Source of the DNA: a virus
Length of the DNA: 43,121 nucleotides
IMG/VR virus record: IMGVR_UViG_3300045988_071163
Location: 1-43,121 of that record
Reading direction: 5' to 3' (one strand)
Shown here: positions 8,302-18,526 of the stretch, piece by piece
Layout: the number at the start of each line of letters is the position of its first letter
How positions within the stretch are numbered: the first letter of the stretch is position 1
Program-made: the position numbers and the translations under genes
Notes under the pieces: model-generated
Told to the model about the DNA's origin: nothing
Database searches by the model: none
What the model saw: the letters and a program-made list of their open reading frames with translations, nothing else

Positions 8302-9065
8302 TAGCCACCACCTACTTTCTTAAATGTTAAAGACCCATCATTATTAACGATGAACCCGAAGTTCCCAATTCTTAGCGAATTAGAAACCTCAATGTTTGAG
8401 TTATACATTCTGTTATTTGCAAAATACGCTACTTCGTCATTGTTCTGAAAAATAGAGTATTTGCTGTTTGTCTGTCTTGTTTTGAACTCCGAATCCTGTT
8501 TACCAATTTCAATTCCTTCTGCATTGAATCTGATATAAGTGTTCAACTGAATCTGATTGTTTGATACAGTATCAGAAAGAGAACTAAAGTCTTCTTTCTT
8601 GACGAAATCCATCTGAATAGTATCTGTAGTCTGCTTTAGTGTAGATACAGTAGAAGAAAGATTCGCTCCATCAACCGCACTGTAATAGTTTTCTGATACA
8701 GTCTGTAAGATAGATGTCTTAGTCTGCTCTATGGATGAAGAAGCATCCTTAGTTGCCTGCTGCAGCTGACTGTTCATATTGTTGATTCTGTTATCATAGT
8801 CATCAATGATTGATTTCAAGTCATTTGCAAGTGTCGGTGTAGTTGTTGTATAAGTTCCATCATCCCATAGTATTCTTGATCTCACCCAGTAATAGTGCTT
8901 ATCAATATAGTCATCCGGAACACTTTTCCATCCGTCACTGTTTTCATCAGGCATTTGTGTTGAAGAGTCAGACAAGTAATATTCTGGAGTGATTGAACGG
9001 ATGCCCTGTCCGTCTTCACCATCGTTTACTTGCACAAGTGTTGTGCTTGCAGATGCCTTAATCAT
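8301..9065 (-). CDS. Tail fibre-associated protein with a central coiled-coil-like segment
   Basis: 254 aa, in the tail module, with an ATGA overlap to the next gene. Confidence 0.5.
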   Translation of the reverse strand: MIKASASTTLVQVNDGEDGQGIRSITPEYYLSDSSTQMPDENSDGWKSVPDDYIDKHYYWVRSRILWDDGTYTTTTPTLANDLKSIIDDYDNRINNMNSQLQQATKDASSSIEQTKTSILQTVSENYYSAVDGANLSSTVSTLKQTTDTIQMDFVKKEDFSSLSDTVSNNQIQLNTYIRFNAEGIEIGKQDSEFKTRQTNSKYSIFQNNDEVAYFANNRMYNSNIEVSNSLRIGNFGFIVNNDGSLTFKKVGGG

Positions 9066-9069
9066 ATAA

Positions 9070-10122
9070 TTAACCTTCTAACTGTGCGCTGAACGTTGCT
9101 TTGTTAGTAACATCTCCTGCGCTGATTGTATATGTAGAACCTGTCGCTACCGCAGTAGTTCCACCGTCCTTATACCATTTGATAGTTCCTAATGATGTTA
9201 GAACAGACCCACTCACTTCAACTCCACCTTTATAGACATGAGCGGTTAGAGTTGTAGCAATGGCGGTATTCTTGAAGATTGTTCCACCACTCGAAGTGAT
9301 TGCCATCGTGATAGCATCTAAGCCATCCTTCCCGTTTGTTCCATTTGTGCCTTTGTAAGATACAGAATATGATTCAGTAGACTTACCATCCGAATACTTA
9401 ACAACTGTCTTTGTCCATAGATACTGACCATTTGCCACATTAGGAACTGTTGGACTCCATGCTCCTGTCGGAGGAGTTGTGCCACTTGTACCTGTTTGAT
9501 ATGTTACAGATGTTGAACTTACAGTAACACTTGTACCGTTTGAACCGTTTGTGCCGTTTGTACCTTTATAAGAGACTGAATAGGCTTCTGTTGATTTGCC
9601 ATCAGAATACTTGACTACTGTCTTAGTCCAAAGGAACTGACCATTCGGTACATTTGGAACAGTAGCACTCCATTCCCCTGTTGGCTTATTGGTACCGCTT
9701 GCCCCGACCTGGTAAGTAACAGAAGTTGAACTTACGGTAACACTTGTACCATTCTGCCCTGTCGCGCCCTTGAATGCAATTGAATAACTGAACGTCTTAT
9801 TGATTGTGATATCCCCATCGACAACAATTGGAATAGTGATTGTTCCGCTCTTAGCCAGAGCCGATGTAGCCGTAATTGTGATTGTTGGTTGTAAAGATTT
9901 TCCATCAGATACTGCTGAAATACCAGTAGGGCATGTAATGTTCCCTACAGTGCACGATACCTGTTCACTCCCACACAATGCCATTACCTGTGTAGTAGTT
10001 GTCTGTGTGCCATTCACTGAATTAGTGGTGCCTAAGAATGTATAGTTATCATTCGTCAATACCACCGAATATCCATCAGTTAAGTCGATAACATCAACTT
10101 GGCTGACTGCCTTAATTCCCAT
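9070..10122 (-). CDS. Tail fibre protein with two tandem 71-aa repeats
   Basis: 350 aa. The repeat PTGxWSxTVPNVxNGQ[FY]LWTKTVVKYSDGKSTE occurs twice. Confidence 0.6.
   Translation of the reverse strand: MGIKAVSQVDVIDLTDGYSVVLTNDNYTFLGTTNSVNGTQTTTTQVMALCGSEQVSCTVGNITCPTGISAVSDGKSLQPTITITATSALAKSGTITIPIVVDGDITINKTFSYSIAFKGATGQNGTSVTVSSTSVTYQVGASGTNKPTGEWSATVPNVPNGQFLWTKTVVKYSDGKSTEAYSVSYKGTNGTNGSNGTSVTVSSTSVTYQTGTSGTTPPTGAWSPTVPNVANGQYLWTKTVVKYSDGKSTESYSVSYKGTNGTNGKDGLDAITMAITSSGGTIFKNTAIATTLTAHVYKGGVEVSGSVLTSLGTIKWYKDGGTTAVATGSTYTISAGDVTNKATFSAQLEG
9328..9753 (-). repeat. In-frame tandem duplication, 2 x 213 bp (aa 124-194 and 195-265)
   Basis: 61 of 71 residues are identical between the units. 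The DNA copies have visibly diverged at synonymous sites. Confidence 0.85.
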
Positions 10123-10132
10123 ATTTTCCCTC

Positions 10133-12079
10133 CTATACGTTTAATTCGCAGTTGAAAACTGCCTTGAATTTAATATCTTTTGCCGAAATTGTGAATATGA
10201 ACCCATTATCATTCAATCTTGAATCGTCTAATGGTATCTTACTGAACTGGGTTTCTCCATGTTTCTTGATAAGCCATTGTAAATATGCACTATCACCGAA
10301 CATTTCTCTTAACTTTGAGGAGTTATCAATCACTACTCCACCTACATAGATGCTTACCGTGAATATAGTTGCCACATCACTATTCTTGAATGTCGTACCA
10401 TTTGATGATTCGATGCATAATAAAATAGAATCCTCACCTTTTGCACCTGTTATACATACTGGTGTACTGTACGTAACAGTATTGTTGATTGTTGTGGCAG
10501 TTCTCTGCCAGATATATATTCCAGCATGCCATGTTGGCGCAGTCTCTGACCACCCTGTTTTGGGAGGCGTAACGCCATCGGTAGAACTAGCATATTCGCA
10601 TACGAATTTCTTAACAGAACCCTGTGCTTCTTTAAGCGCTTCGTCAGCCTTATTCTCAACTCTCTCGAACGCCCTTATTTTCAACTCGCCCTTTTCATTG
10701 AGGTAGAAACTTGGGTCACTTATTTCACCTTCATTGTTTCTTTCACCTATCTTGATGACTCCAGTTTCTAGATTCAATTCAAACATTTCGCCACTGATGG
10801 TCCCTGTGGTAATAGCGTTTGCACTAAAATTGCCTTCTAAGTCAAATGCAATCTTCGTGAATGTCTTACCACCATCAACACTGTAACCTAATCCTCCGCT
10901 AGTGAATTTCCACATCTTAGTGTCATCACGCAAAGTAGGAGTGTTCATGATTGACCATCCGCTCGGGAATCCATCCTCATTGACATCTACTCTATAATAG
11001 CCACCATTATGTCCTAGAATATTCTCACTCGTCTTTTTAAGAGCACTAGTGAGTGTATTGTATAATCGTTTCATTATCATTTGAGTAGGTGAGTTTGATG
11101 TGCTCATCACGATTTCACCGTTTGAGCCTTTACAAGTGATGCTATCTTTCATGCCCGTTAAGACAATTGTGTGTTCACTTAAAATGACATTATGGAACAC
11201 ACCACTGTTATCTTCGACTTTAACAACATCACTTACTTGGATTAATGGATTCCCTCTCCATTCAACTGTTGAAGGACTATAAGTTAATCCGTTTACTTTC
11301 TTATATATTCCATCAAGAATTTCTTGTGTCATATACGGATTCTCAAATGATATGCCATAGCCGTTACCGCTAATCAATCCGTTACATGATACACTCGAGA
11401 TTTTTACATCATCGTCTGTAGTCAGTTTAAAACCACTCTGAAACTGATTATCCCATGTAATCTTGAATCCGCTATCTTCAAACCAATATCCAATCAATTT
11501 ATTGCTTTCATTCATGCGACCATTCAATCCCATAAGACCTAAGCAATAGCCCATGAATGTTTTACAAGTGATATTTTCTTGATAACCATCCAAAGTGATG
11601 TCTGGAATATTGTTGATAACATGCGTGATATTGCATTGACCACATATATCATTGATTGCATTTTCTAATGATGTAGGATATTGAACACGAGGTTCATACT
11701 CTGCATTCATTCTATATACGCTGTCGTAGCCACTAACAGTGACAATCTTGCTCCCCATGCTACTTTCTATTTCATCTATATAGAATGTTCCTTTATCCAC
11801 AAATTCATATTCACCGTCTACAAGCAAACCACTTTGAATGCTAAACATCCCATTTTTTAGTGGTATCACATTGTCCGGCATTTCAAATTGAACAGTGGCT
11901 TTAGCACTATTTAATTCACCGATTGTAAGTGTTTCATTAGAATTTGCTATTTCATTTAATGAAACGGAGATTACTTTATCGTCATCCAATAAAGTGTCTC
12001 CGTTGAATTTCACTCTCGATTTAATACTTCTAGAAGGGCTGATTATAATGTCTTGATATCGTTTACTTGCACCAATCAT
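10133..12079 (-). CDS. Tail tip / tail-associated (Tal-like, prophage endopeptidase tail family) protein
   Basis: 648 aa, two genes downstream of the TMP. The N-terminal region is typical of siphovirus minor structural proteins. The C-terminus carries the same GWSxTAPTW...YIWQRT motif as the fibre repeats. Confidence 0.65.
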   Translation of the reverse strand: MIGASKRYQDIIISPSRSIKSRVKFNGDTLLDDDKVISVSLNEIANSNETLTIGELNSAKATVQFEMPDNVIPLKNGMFSIQSGLLVDGEYEFVDKGTFYIDEIESSMGSKIVTVSGYDSVYRMNAEYEPRVQYPTSLENAINDICGQCNITHVINNIPDITLDGYQENITCKTFMGYCLGLMGLNGRMNESNKLIGYWFEDSGFKITWDNQFQSGFKLTTDDDVKISSVSCNGLISGNGYGISFENPYMTQEILDGIYKKVNGLTYSPSTVEWRGNPLIQVSDVVKVEDNSGVFHNVILSEHTIVLTGMKDSITCKGSNGEIVMSTSNSPTQMIMKRLYNTLTSALKKTSENILGHNGGYYRVDVNEDGFPSGWSIMNTPTLRDDTKMWKFTSGGLGYSVDGGKTFTKIAFDLEGNFSANAITTGTISGEMFELNLETGVIKIGERNNEGEISDPSFYLNEKGELKIRAFERVENKADEALKEAQGSVKKFVCEYASSTDGVTPPKTGWSETAPTWHAGIYIWQRTATTINNTVTYSTPVCITGAKGEDSILLCIESSNGTTFKNSDVATIFTVSIYVGGVVIDNSSKLREMFGDSAYLQWLIKKHGETQFSKIPLDDSRLNDNGFIFTISAKDIKFKAVFNCELNV

Positions 12080-12094
12080 TTCTGCTCCCCCTTT

Positions 12095-12457
12095 TTACTT
12101 CTCGATTAGATTGAATGTGATGTTATCCCATAACCACTCTTTTTTCGCCTTATCATACTTGAATATCTGACAGTTTCTGTCGCCAACATAGGCTGTCATT
12201 GTTCTTTTTCCTAACTCTGGGTCAAGATAAGTGACAGTGACGAATTCGTCTTTCACCGCTTGTAAAAGACGTTCTGCTTTTGATTGTGGAATAGCGGTGA
12301 AGGTCAAGATGACTTTCTTCTTGACCCCCGCTCTATCTCGTAGCATATCTCCGTTTTGGTTTCTTCCGCTTCCGTCCTCTCTGTCAACATCACTTAACTG
12401 TACTTCATATTTGCTAGGGAAGCATCCATAGCCATTTATTGTTAAAATATATTCCAT
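12095..12457 (-). CDS. Small tail component in the distal-tail-protein position
   Basis: 120 aa, directly downstream of the TMP. Assigned by position only. Confidence 0.4.
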   Translation of the reverse strand: MEYILTINGYGCFPSKYEVQLSDVDREDGSGRNQNGDMLRDRAGVKKKVILTFTAIPQSKAERLLQAVKDEFVTVTYLDPELGKRTMTAYVGDRNCQIFKYDKAKKEWLWDNITFNLIEK

Positions 12458-12472
12458 GTTGTCTCCCTTCTT

Positions 12473-15400
12473 TTAGAATAGCAGTGGGCTATGCCCTGTC
12501 TGCTTGACTTTACCGTTGTGATATTCGATGACAGACTCACCGATTGCTCTGCCATTAAGAACGTTCTGCACTGTTATTCTTGTAGTGCCACCACCATTAG
12601 GACTATTTGCGCCAACCATTGCACTTCTTACGGCACTTGCGATACCTTGTACAATCTGGTCATTATTCGCAACGGCAGTTCTACGACCGATACGACCGAC
12701 TAATTCTGGACCCGCTTCTCGAGCAATGAACATCTGACCTGTGTCGGGGAATCCACCTGTAGCATAAGAAAATAAACCGATATCAAAGCCAAAATCGCCA
12801 ATTTTAAATCTCTTTTTATCTGTCTTAAGGTCTAATTTCATAGGCTTAGAACTAGGAATTGAACGCATAAATGCGTCGAGAACACTAGTTGCTGGCTTTG
12901 TGTTAACTTTAAATTCTGCTTGGTGAGACTCAAACTGCTTTTTACTGTTTTTACTAGTCTTATCAACTTCGTTAGTGACTTTTGGACTGTCTTTGCTAAT
13001 CTTCTTGGCTAACTTATCAATATACTGCTGGCCTTGCTGTGTACCGTTCTCTTGTGCTTTTTTCAATTCGCTTACGTAGCGTTTTCCGTCTTTGCTCTTT
13101 TTGTCGATTCCATACTTATCAAGTAAAGACAGCAAGGCATTGTACTGCTCTTTTTTAACCGCTTTGATATCGTCAGCCTGTTTTTTCAGATTGTCATACT
13201 GCTTCTTTAACTCATCCTTATCGGCTTTAGTTAATTCAGCACCTTTTGCTTTTGCGGTAGAAAGCATCTGCTCGTAAGTCTTACCTTGACCGAATGCTTT
13301 CTGAGCCAAGTCGCTAAGCAACTGAATTCTTGCTTGTTTGCTTGCTTCCTGTTCTGTCTTGGTCATTGTCTGCCATACTTTTCCATTTTCATCACACTTA
13401 GCGTTGAGGTCATTAATACCGTTCACTAAAGAACTGTACGTATATGTGCCATCTGCCTTTAATGTTCTATACTGTTCGACAATGAATGCAGTAGAACTTT
13501 CGACTGTGCCATCAGCAGATTGTATTGCTGTATTGTATTCGTTTAAGCCATCAGTGATGCTTGTGACTTTGTCTTTAGCATCTCCCATGGCTTTGCCATA
13601 CTTATTAGTTATCTCTACTTGCTTTTCGTACTGTTTTTGCATTGCAACATCAACTGCCATGCCACTTTCTTTTGACGCATCGAGTATTGCTTTGATTCGG
13701 TTTTCTTCTTTCTTAGATTCGTTGTACTTATTAGTTGCTTCAGTTAACTGTTCTTGGGCTTTGATTCTTTCTTTCTCTGCTTCAATGAATTTTTCACTAT
13801 AAGCCTCCACAACTGCCTTTCGCTTAAGTGCTTCAATAGTTTCGTTGATTGCGCCTTTTTCCTTGTCCCAATTAGAAATCACACCATTGTGAATCTCAAT
13901 GTTAGTTCCCAACTGCCTGTTAAGTTCATCAACGAAGAATTGTGCCTGTTTTACACTGCCTGTGATTTTGCCATTTGCATCGACGATTCCATATAATCTG
14001 CTGGCATAGTCTTGAGCGACAAGAGCATTGTGCTTTCCTGCATCTGCATTTGCTTTCGCTTCGTTGTAAGCATTCTTCCAGTTTTTTGCCTGTTCTTTTA
14101 AGCCGTCAGATAATTTCTCGGCTGATGCTAATGCTACTTCTTGGGAGTCTACGTTCTTCTTGACTCCACTCGTAAATAATGCAATTGCGCCTACAGCAAC
14201 TGTTATGGCACCAATAACTGCCACTAACGGATTTGCAGCAAGGAATGTGAATGCACCACCTAATAAACCTGTTGCGGTAATTGCTCCGCCTTCCGCCATA
14301 CTTAATGCACCAACATTTAAGCCTAAATTAGTGATAGCACCACTAACACCACTCAATATACCAGAAGCATTGTTTAGCGCATGGAATCCTGTAGCAAATG
14401 TATTAAGCATTTTGTTTGATTCAGCAAATGCTGATGTCAATTCATAAATAGCACCTACGCCATAAGTCTTGAACATCTTAAAAATCTCTATAACTCTATT
14501 GATAGCACTTCCTGTGTCATTTAAATCTTTAATGACCTTACCCCATGCCATTGTTGCAATAAGCGATGATATGGCAGTAGTCAGCATTGCTATTAAAGTT
14601 CTTGATTCTCCAACGACTTTCAATGCTTTTCCTAATGCGCTAATGCCAACCAAAATAGTATTCGCAACTAATTTTCCGAGAACTACGACAAATTTCTCAA
14701 GGAAAGTGATGAGCGGTCTTAAATTCTTAAGCGCTCCACTCACTCCCTTTAAAGCATCTGCTAATGCACTGACTACTTTGGGAACGCCCTTTTCAATTCC
14801 CCATTTCATCAATGGCAACAATACATTTTTGAAAGCATCACTTAGATATTTTCCTACAATATCCGAAAGTCCTTTAAAAGCCTTTGACAAACTATAAGCA
14901 CTCTTTAACGCTGGCTTGAAATCGAGAGAATAAGCAAATTTGCTTAATTGCTTGCTTATATCTTCAAGTGAGTTAAGCAAGTTATTTGCACTATCCCATA
15001 AGTTCTGGATAATCTTCGTTCCTAGTCCGGCTTCATCCCACGCTTCTCTGAAACGCTTTGCTAGATATCCAACAAAATCGCATAAGTTCTTAACGATTAG
15101 CAGAATTTCGCTTACCGTCTTCTTGCCTGTGCCGTTCTGCCATACTTCTCCAAATGATTTACCAATACTCTTTATAAGTTTGGATAATTCATCTAAAGAA
15201 AATTTAAAACTGTCCATGACCGCCTTACCATACTCGTTCCAACTGTCAGTGACAGGTTTAAATAGTTCCTTTAACTTCTTTTCAATTTCGTCTGTGTCTT
15301 TCTTTAAACCTTTCAAGAAATCATATTGTGGCAACTTGATATCACCGATGCTACCACCACCGCCGACTCCACCAGAACCAGAGCCACCACCGGAGCCTCC

Positions 15401-16843
15401 ACTATCCGAATTACTCTTCGGATTGTTGAGGATGTTTAATTCATCAAATCCTAACGTTTGAAGTTCTTTCTTTAAGTCCTTGACTTTCTTGGTTGTTCCG
15501 CCCACTGATGAGCCTGCATTCTTAGCACTGTCAGACATGTCATCCATAGCGCCGGAGCCTTTTTCTAAACCACTATAATCAATAGTAGGTAATTTAAATC
15601 CAAATAAACTTGCGACAAAGTTAGCGAACTTATTTAAAAGTTCAACCGCTACTTGTATATATGGAATAACCGCTGTAGCAAATACGCTCGCGATATTACC
15701 GATTGCACGTCTTAGCACATGAAACTGCTGTGCTAAGATACGTACAGCATTACTCGGTGTATTGATTGTACGTGCCATATCATTGAATACATCTACCTTG
15801 CTGGCATTATTCATGATGGTGATGTATCGCATGATTGCCTGTGTATTCTGGTCCCAAGTACTTACATTGCCTTGTAATCCATATTTAAGACCTGTCTGTT
15901 TGACCATCGCAACAGAAACGTTGTTACCATATTCCTTCAAGCCTTTAATCTGCCCAGACATGGCACTTTGGATTTTATCAAACGCCGTGCTTACATCTAC
16001 GTTCATCAAAGAACTATAGTCATATGATAACTGTGTAAGGTTCTGTGACATAATCTGTGCTTTGTCACTCGCTACGCCAAAACCTTCAATCATCATATTC
16101 AACGTTCCTTGGTATTCCATCCACTTGCCCGGGTCAATACCCATAGCATCACTTACTTTTTGAGCAAACGCTTCCGCACTCTGTGATGCGCTACCCATTG
16201 CAACGTCGAATAAGTTCATTTGTTCGATATATTCTGCACTTTCATTATAAAAATAACTAAAAGCAGAACCTATCGCCATTAAAATAGATTTAAATCCTCG
16301 TATTCCACCAATAGCAGAACTAATCGTTGCCATCAACCCGCCTGTGTGAGTCTTAGCACCTCTGGATTTAGAATTATAGTTATCTAAAGACTTAGATGCA
16401 GAGGCTACAGCACTTGGCATTTTATTAAACACATCAGATAACTGGTTGCTCTTCTGTGCAAGTGGTGCCATAGCATCTGAAAGTTGATTCATCTGGCCAC
16501 TAAACTTACCCAAGTCTGCTTGGTCTAGTTTGTTGATTGTTTTAGATATATTTGATAAACTGCTTAAAGTTTTTCCAAGACCGGTTTTGCCGATTTTTTC
16601 TAAAGGCTTTAACGCTTCAACGAGATTCTTTATCCCCTTAGAAAAAGCATCTATGTTTTCAGTTTTTAAACCCGAAACAACTCTATCAAATCTTGAAATA
16701 GCGTTTAAAGTGCCTGCAATGCTACTGTCGATTTTGACACTCTGGTCTAGCCTTTGAAGTGCCCCAGTTAACTTATCTATCGCTTTGACCGCTTCATCAA
16801 CATCGCTTTCAAATACTATCGATAACTTATCTACATCCGCCAT
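12473..16843 (-). CDS. Tape measure protein
   Basis: 1456 aa, helical and Ala/Lys-rich, with TM-like glycine/alanine segments and a GGSGGGSGSGGVGGGGS linker. Lies downstream of the G/GT chaperones. Confidence 0.9.
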   Translation of the reverse strand: MADVDKLSIVFESDVDEAVKAIDKLTGALQRLDQSVKIDSSIAGTLNAISRFDRVVSGLKTENIDAFSKGIKNLVEALKPLEKIGKTGLGKTLSSLSNISKTINKLDQADLGKFSGQMNQLSDAMAPLAQKSNQLSDVFNKMPSAVASASKSLDNYNSKSRGAKTHTGGLMATISSAIGGIRGFKSILMAIGSAFSYFYNESAEYIEQMNLFDVAMGSASQSAEAFAQKVSDAMGIDPGKWMEYQGTLNMMIEGFGVASDKAQIMSQNLTQLSYDYSSLMNVDVSTAFDKIQSAMSGQIKGLKEYGNNVSVAMVKQTGLKYGLQGNVSTWDQNTQAIMRYITIMNNASKVDVFNDMARTINTPSNAVRILAQQFHVLRRAIGNIASVFATAVIPYIQVAVELLNKFANFVASLFGFKLPTIDYSGLEKGSGAMDDMSDSAKNAGSSVGGTTKKVKDLKKELQTLGFDELNILNNPKSNSDSGGSGGGSGSGGVGGGGSIGDIKLPQYDFLKGLKKDTDEIEKKLKELFKPVTDSWNEYGKAVMDSFKFSLDELSKLIKSIGKSFGEVWQNGTGKKTVSEILLIVKNLCDFVGYLAKRFREAWDEAGLGTKIIQNLWDSANNLLNSLEDISKQLSKFAYSLDFKPALKSAYSLSKAFKGLSDIVGKYLSDAFKNVLLPLMKWGIEKGVPKVVSALADALKGVSGALKNLRPLITFLEKFVVVLGKLVANTILVGISALGKALKVVGESRTLIAMLTTAISSLIATMAWGKVIKDLNDTGSAINRVIEIFKMFKTYGVGAIYELTSAFAESNKMLNTFATGFHALNNASGILSGVSGAITNLGLNVGALSMAEGGAITATGLLGGAFTFLAANPLVAVIGAITVAVGAIALFTSGVKKNVDSQEVALASAEKLSDGLKEQAKNWKNAYNEAKANADAGKHNALVAQDYASRLYGIVDANGKITGSVKQAQFFVDELNRQLGTNIEIHNGVISNWDKEKGAINETIEALKRKAVVEAYSEKFIEAEKERIKAQEQLTEATNKYNESKKEENRIKAILDASKESGMAVDVAMQKQYEKQVEITNKYGKAMGDAKDKVTSITDGLNEYNTAIQSADGTVESSTAFIVEQYRTLKADGTYTYSSLVNGINDLNAKCDENGKVWQTMTKTEQEASKQARIQLLSDLAQKAFGQGKTYEQMLSTAKAKGAELTKADKDELKKQYDNLKKQADDIKAVKKEQYNALLSLLDKYGIDKKSKDGKRYVSELKKAQENGTQQGQQYIDKLAKKISKDSPKVTNEVDKTSKNSKKQFESHQAEFKVNTKPATSVLDAFMRSIPSSKPMKLDLKTDKKRFKIGDFGFDIGLFSYATGGFPDTGQMFIAREAGPELVGRIGRRTAVANNDQIVQGIASAVRSAMVGANSPNGGGTTRITVQNVLNGRAIGESVIEYHNGKVKQTGHSPLLF

Positions 16844-16890
16844 ATAGTTATAACCTCCTTCCTCAAAAAAATAAGGCTCTTGGTTAGGCT

Positions 16891-17286
16891 CTATACTTTA
16901 TAGAAATTAACAAAGTTTCGCATCCACGCTTCTGCCTGGACTTCTGCTTCTTTCTTTAATTCTTCTTCTTGCTTTGCCTCATCAAATTCGTAAGGCTTAT
17001 CAGTATAATTTTTACATTGTTCCCCTTCCTTACGGCACCATGTATTGAACATAATAGCCGACACGGCATCATAGATATACATTCCATTTATCCAAGCCAT
17101 CTGATTATCATAATCAAACTTCATTTTCTTGGCTTTTTGATAATGAACCGTAAGATATGGGTCACTACGCCAATACTGTTCATAGGTCATCCCTAACGCA
17201 AGATAATAGGGAAACCACTCATTCATTACTTTCCTATAATCGTTCGTGGACGCATCGGCATCACTTTCGCTTTCTATACTGTCCAC
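16891..17286 (-). CDS. Tail assembly chaperone, T part (expressed as a G-T fusion by -1 frameshift)
   Basis: The frame is entered from ORF 17274..17597 by a -1 slip at A_AAA_AAC. There is no independent ATG or RBS (the ORF-track start is a GTG). Confidence 0.7.
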   Translation of the reverse strand: MDSIESESDADASTNDYRKVMNEWFPYYLALGMTYEQYWRSDPYLTVHYQKAKKMKFDYDNQMAWINGMYIYDAVSAIMFNTWCRKEGEQCKNYTDKPYEFDEAKQEEELKKEAEVQAEAWMRNFVNFYKV

Positions 17287-17597
17287 TCGATTGCGTTTTT
17301 TTCTGGTTCTCCTAGAAATTCGATTGGTTCAGAGAACATTTCTACAAGTACTGTAAAAAGATGCTCTTTGTTTCCGAGATTCTTTAGAATATTTTCTCTA
17401 GTATCGATATCTGTATCTTTGTGATTCATTTCAAACGAATTAATGAATAACTCATAAATCGCATCAAGTGGATTCTGAGATGCTTTTTCAATTTCAAAGC
17501 CTTCCCCAACCATCTTACCTACGATTTCTCTTGTATAACCTAATTCATATTTCTTGTCTTCATATGTAAACTTAATTGTTGTGCTCTTTGTTTTCAT
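17274..17597 (-). CDS. Tail assembly chaperone, G part
   Basis: 107 aa, between the major tail protein and the TMP, with a slippery heptamer 7 codons before its stop. Confidence 0.7.
   Translation of the reverse strand: MKTKSTTIKFTYEDKKYELGYTREIVGKMVGEGFEIEKASQNPLDAIYELFINSFEMNHKDTDIDTRENILKNLGNKEHLFTVLVEMFSEPIEFLGEPEKNAIEWTV
17295..17301 (-). other. -1 programmed ribosomal frameshift heptamer A_AAA_AAC
   Basis: The minus strand reads cca gaA AAA AAC gca in the 0 frame. The -1 frame continues KKRNRVDSIESE..., which is ORF 16891..17286. Confidence 0.7.
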
Positions 17598-17622
17598 GTT
17601 CGTTTTCCTCCTCTAAACTATT

Positions 17623-17647
17623 AAAAAAGGCGCTGATTAAAGCGCCT
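17623..17647 (-). terminator. Terminator/attenuator after the major tail protein gene
   Basis: aggcgct / agcgcct 7-bp stem with a 6-nt loop, followed on the minus strand by U6. Confidence 0.65.
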
Positions 17648-17652
17648 CTAAC

Positions 17653-18126
17653 TTATACGTTATTAGTGCTTTTTGTTTCCCATTCAGGTGCACCTGTAGG
17701 TGTAATATATAAGTTAGTTTCTAAGATACTATTTACTTCGATTGCTGGTAAACCTGTCTTTGATGGCTGTCCACTAAAGTAAACAGATTTTTCTAACTTA
17801 GGATGTCTAATTTCAAACCACGTTGCCTTACCTGCTTCTGTGGCTTCTTCATATTTTTTGATTAGTTCATCCCACACTGTAATCAATTCTTTTGTTAGGT
17901 TTGCTGTAAATGATAATGCACCGCCTAAGTCCTTTAACCCTTCGATATAAGTCTTATATTCTGTTTCCATCAGATTAGTAGACTCTAAAGTTTCTGGACT
18001 TGGGTTTAATTCTGGAACAGATTTAATATCTGGAATTACAGTATATCCAGTAGTTGGTCTAGTCCCTGCTGTTGCTTCAACGGCATAACCTACAGTTACG
18101 CCCGCTGTATTGATTGCTACTCCCAT
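17653..18126 (-). CDS. Major tail protein
   Basis: 157 aa. MGVAINTAGVTVGYAVEATAGTRPTTGYTVIPDIKS is typical of TP901-1/phi13-type major tail proteins. Position is upstream of the chaperones. Confidence 0.8.
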   Translation of the reverse strand: MGVAINTAGVTVGYAVEATAGTRPTTGYTVIPDIKSVPELNPSPETLESTNLMETEYKTYIEGLKDLGGALSFTANLTKELITVWDELIKKYEEATEAGKATWFEIRHPKLEKSVYFSGQPSKTGLPAIEVNSILETNLYITPTGAPEWETKSTNNV

Positions 18127-18136
18127 GTTTTCCTCC

Positions 18137-18526
18137 TTAATACTGTGTTTCGATTTCTTTCTTATATCTCATAACTCTTCTGGCTATGCTGTCATCAACA
18201 TTAATCATCGGCTGATTAAGAGTTCTACAATAGCCGTGAGTTTTCAATACATCATCTATTACCTTTGATATTGATTTACAAACTTCTTCTTTCTGCTCTC
18301 TATCATTAGAATAGATTTCAATGTATTGAGTAATACAAGCCACGTTTTCTAATTCGTTAAACGTGCTATATCGTGCGTTTACTGTGTTATTCTCTTGAAT
18401 GATAGACACTGCTGGAAATCTAGGCGGTTCAGAAGATAATTGTTTTCCGATGATATAAATATCATCGAACTGTTTTCTAAGTTCGCTTGCGATATCTGCG
18501 AATAATTCATTTTCTTTATCAGTCAT
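18137..18526 (-). CDS. Tail completion / neck protein (assigned by position)
   Basis: The ATG at 18526 overlaps the upstream stop (ATGACTGA). Confidence 0.4.
   Translation of the reverse strand: MTDKENELFADIASELRKQFDDIYIIGKQLSSEPPRFPAVSIIQENNTVNARYSTFNELENVACITQYIEIYSNDREQKEEVCKSISKVIDDVLKTHGYCRTLNQPMINVDDSIARRVMRYKKEIETQY

Noticed and set aside
15350-15412. GC-rich ggtgg/ggagg-type repetitive DNA inside the tape measure gene.
   Set aside because: It simply encodes the Gly/Ser linker SGGSGGGSGSGGVGGGGS of the TMP and is not an independent element.
12491-16757. Many plus-strand ORFs of 60-170 aa inside the tape measure gene. Similar antisense ORFs occur inside the portal, terL, primase and fibre genes.
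   Set aside because: They sit entirely within long, well-supported minus-strand genes. They have no RBS and their products are low-complexity (Leu/Ser/Phe/Pro-rich). These are typical shadow ORFs.
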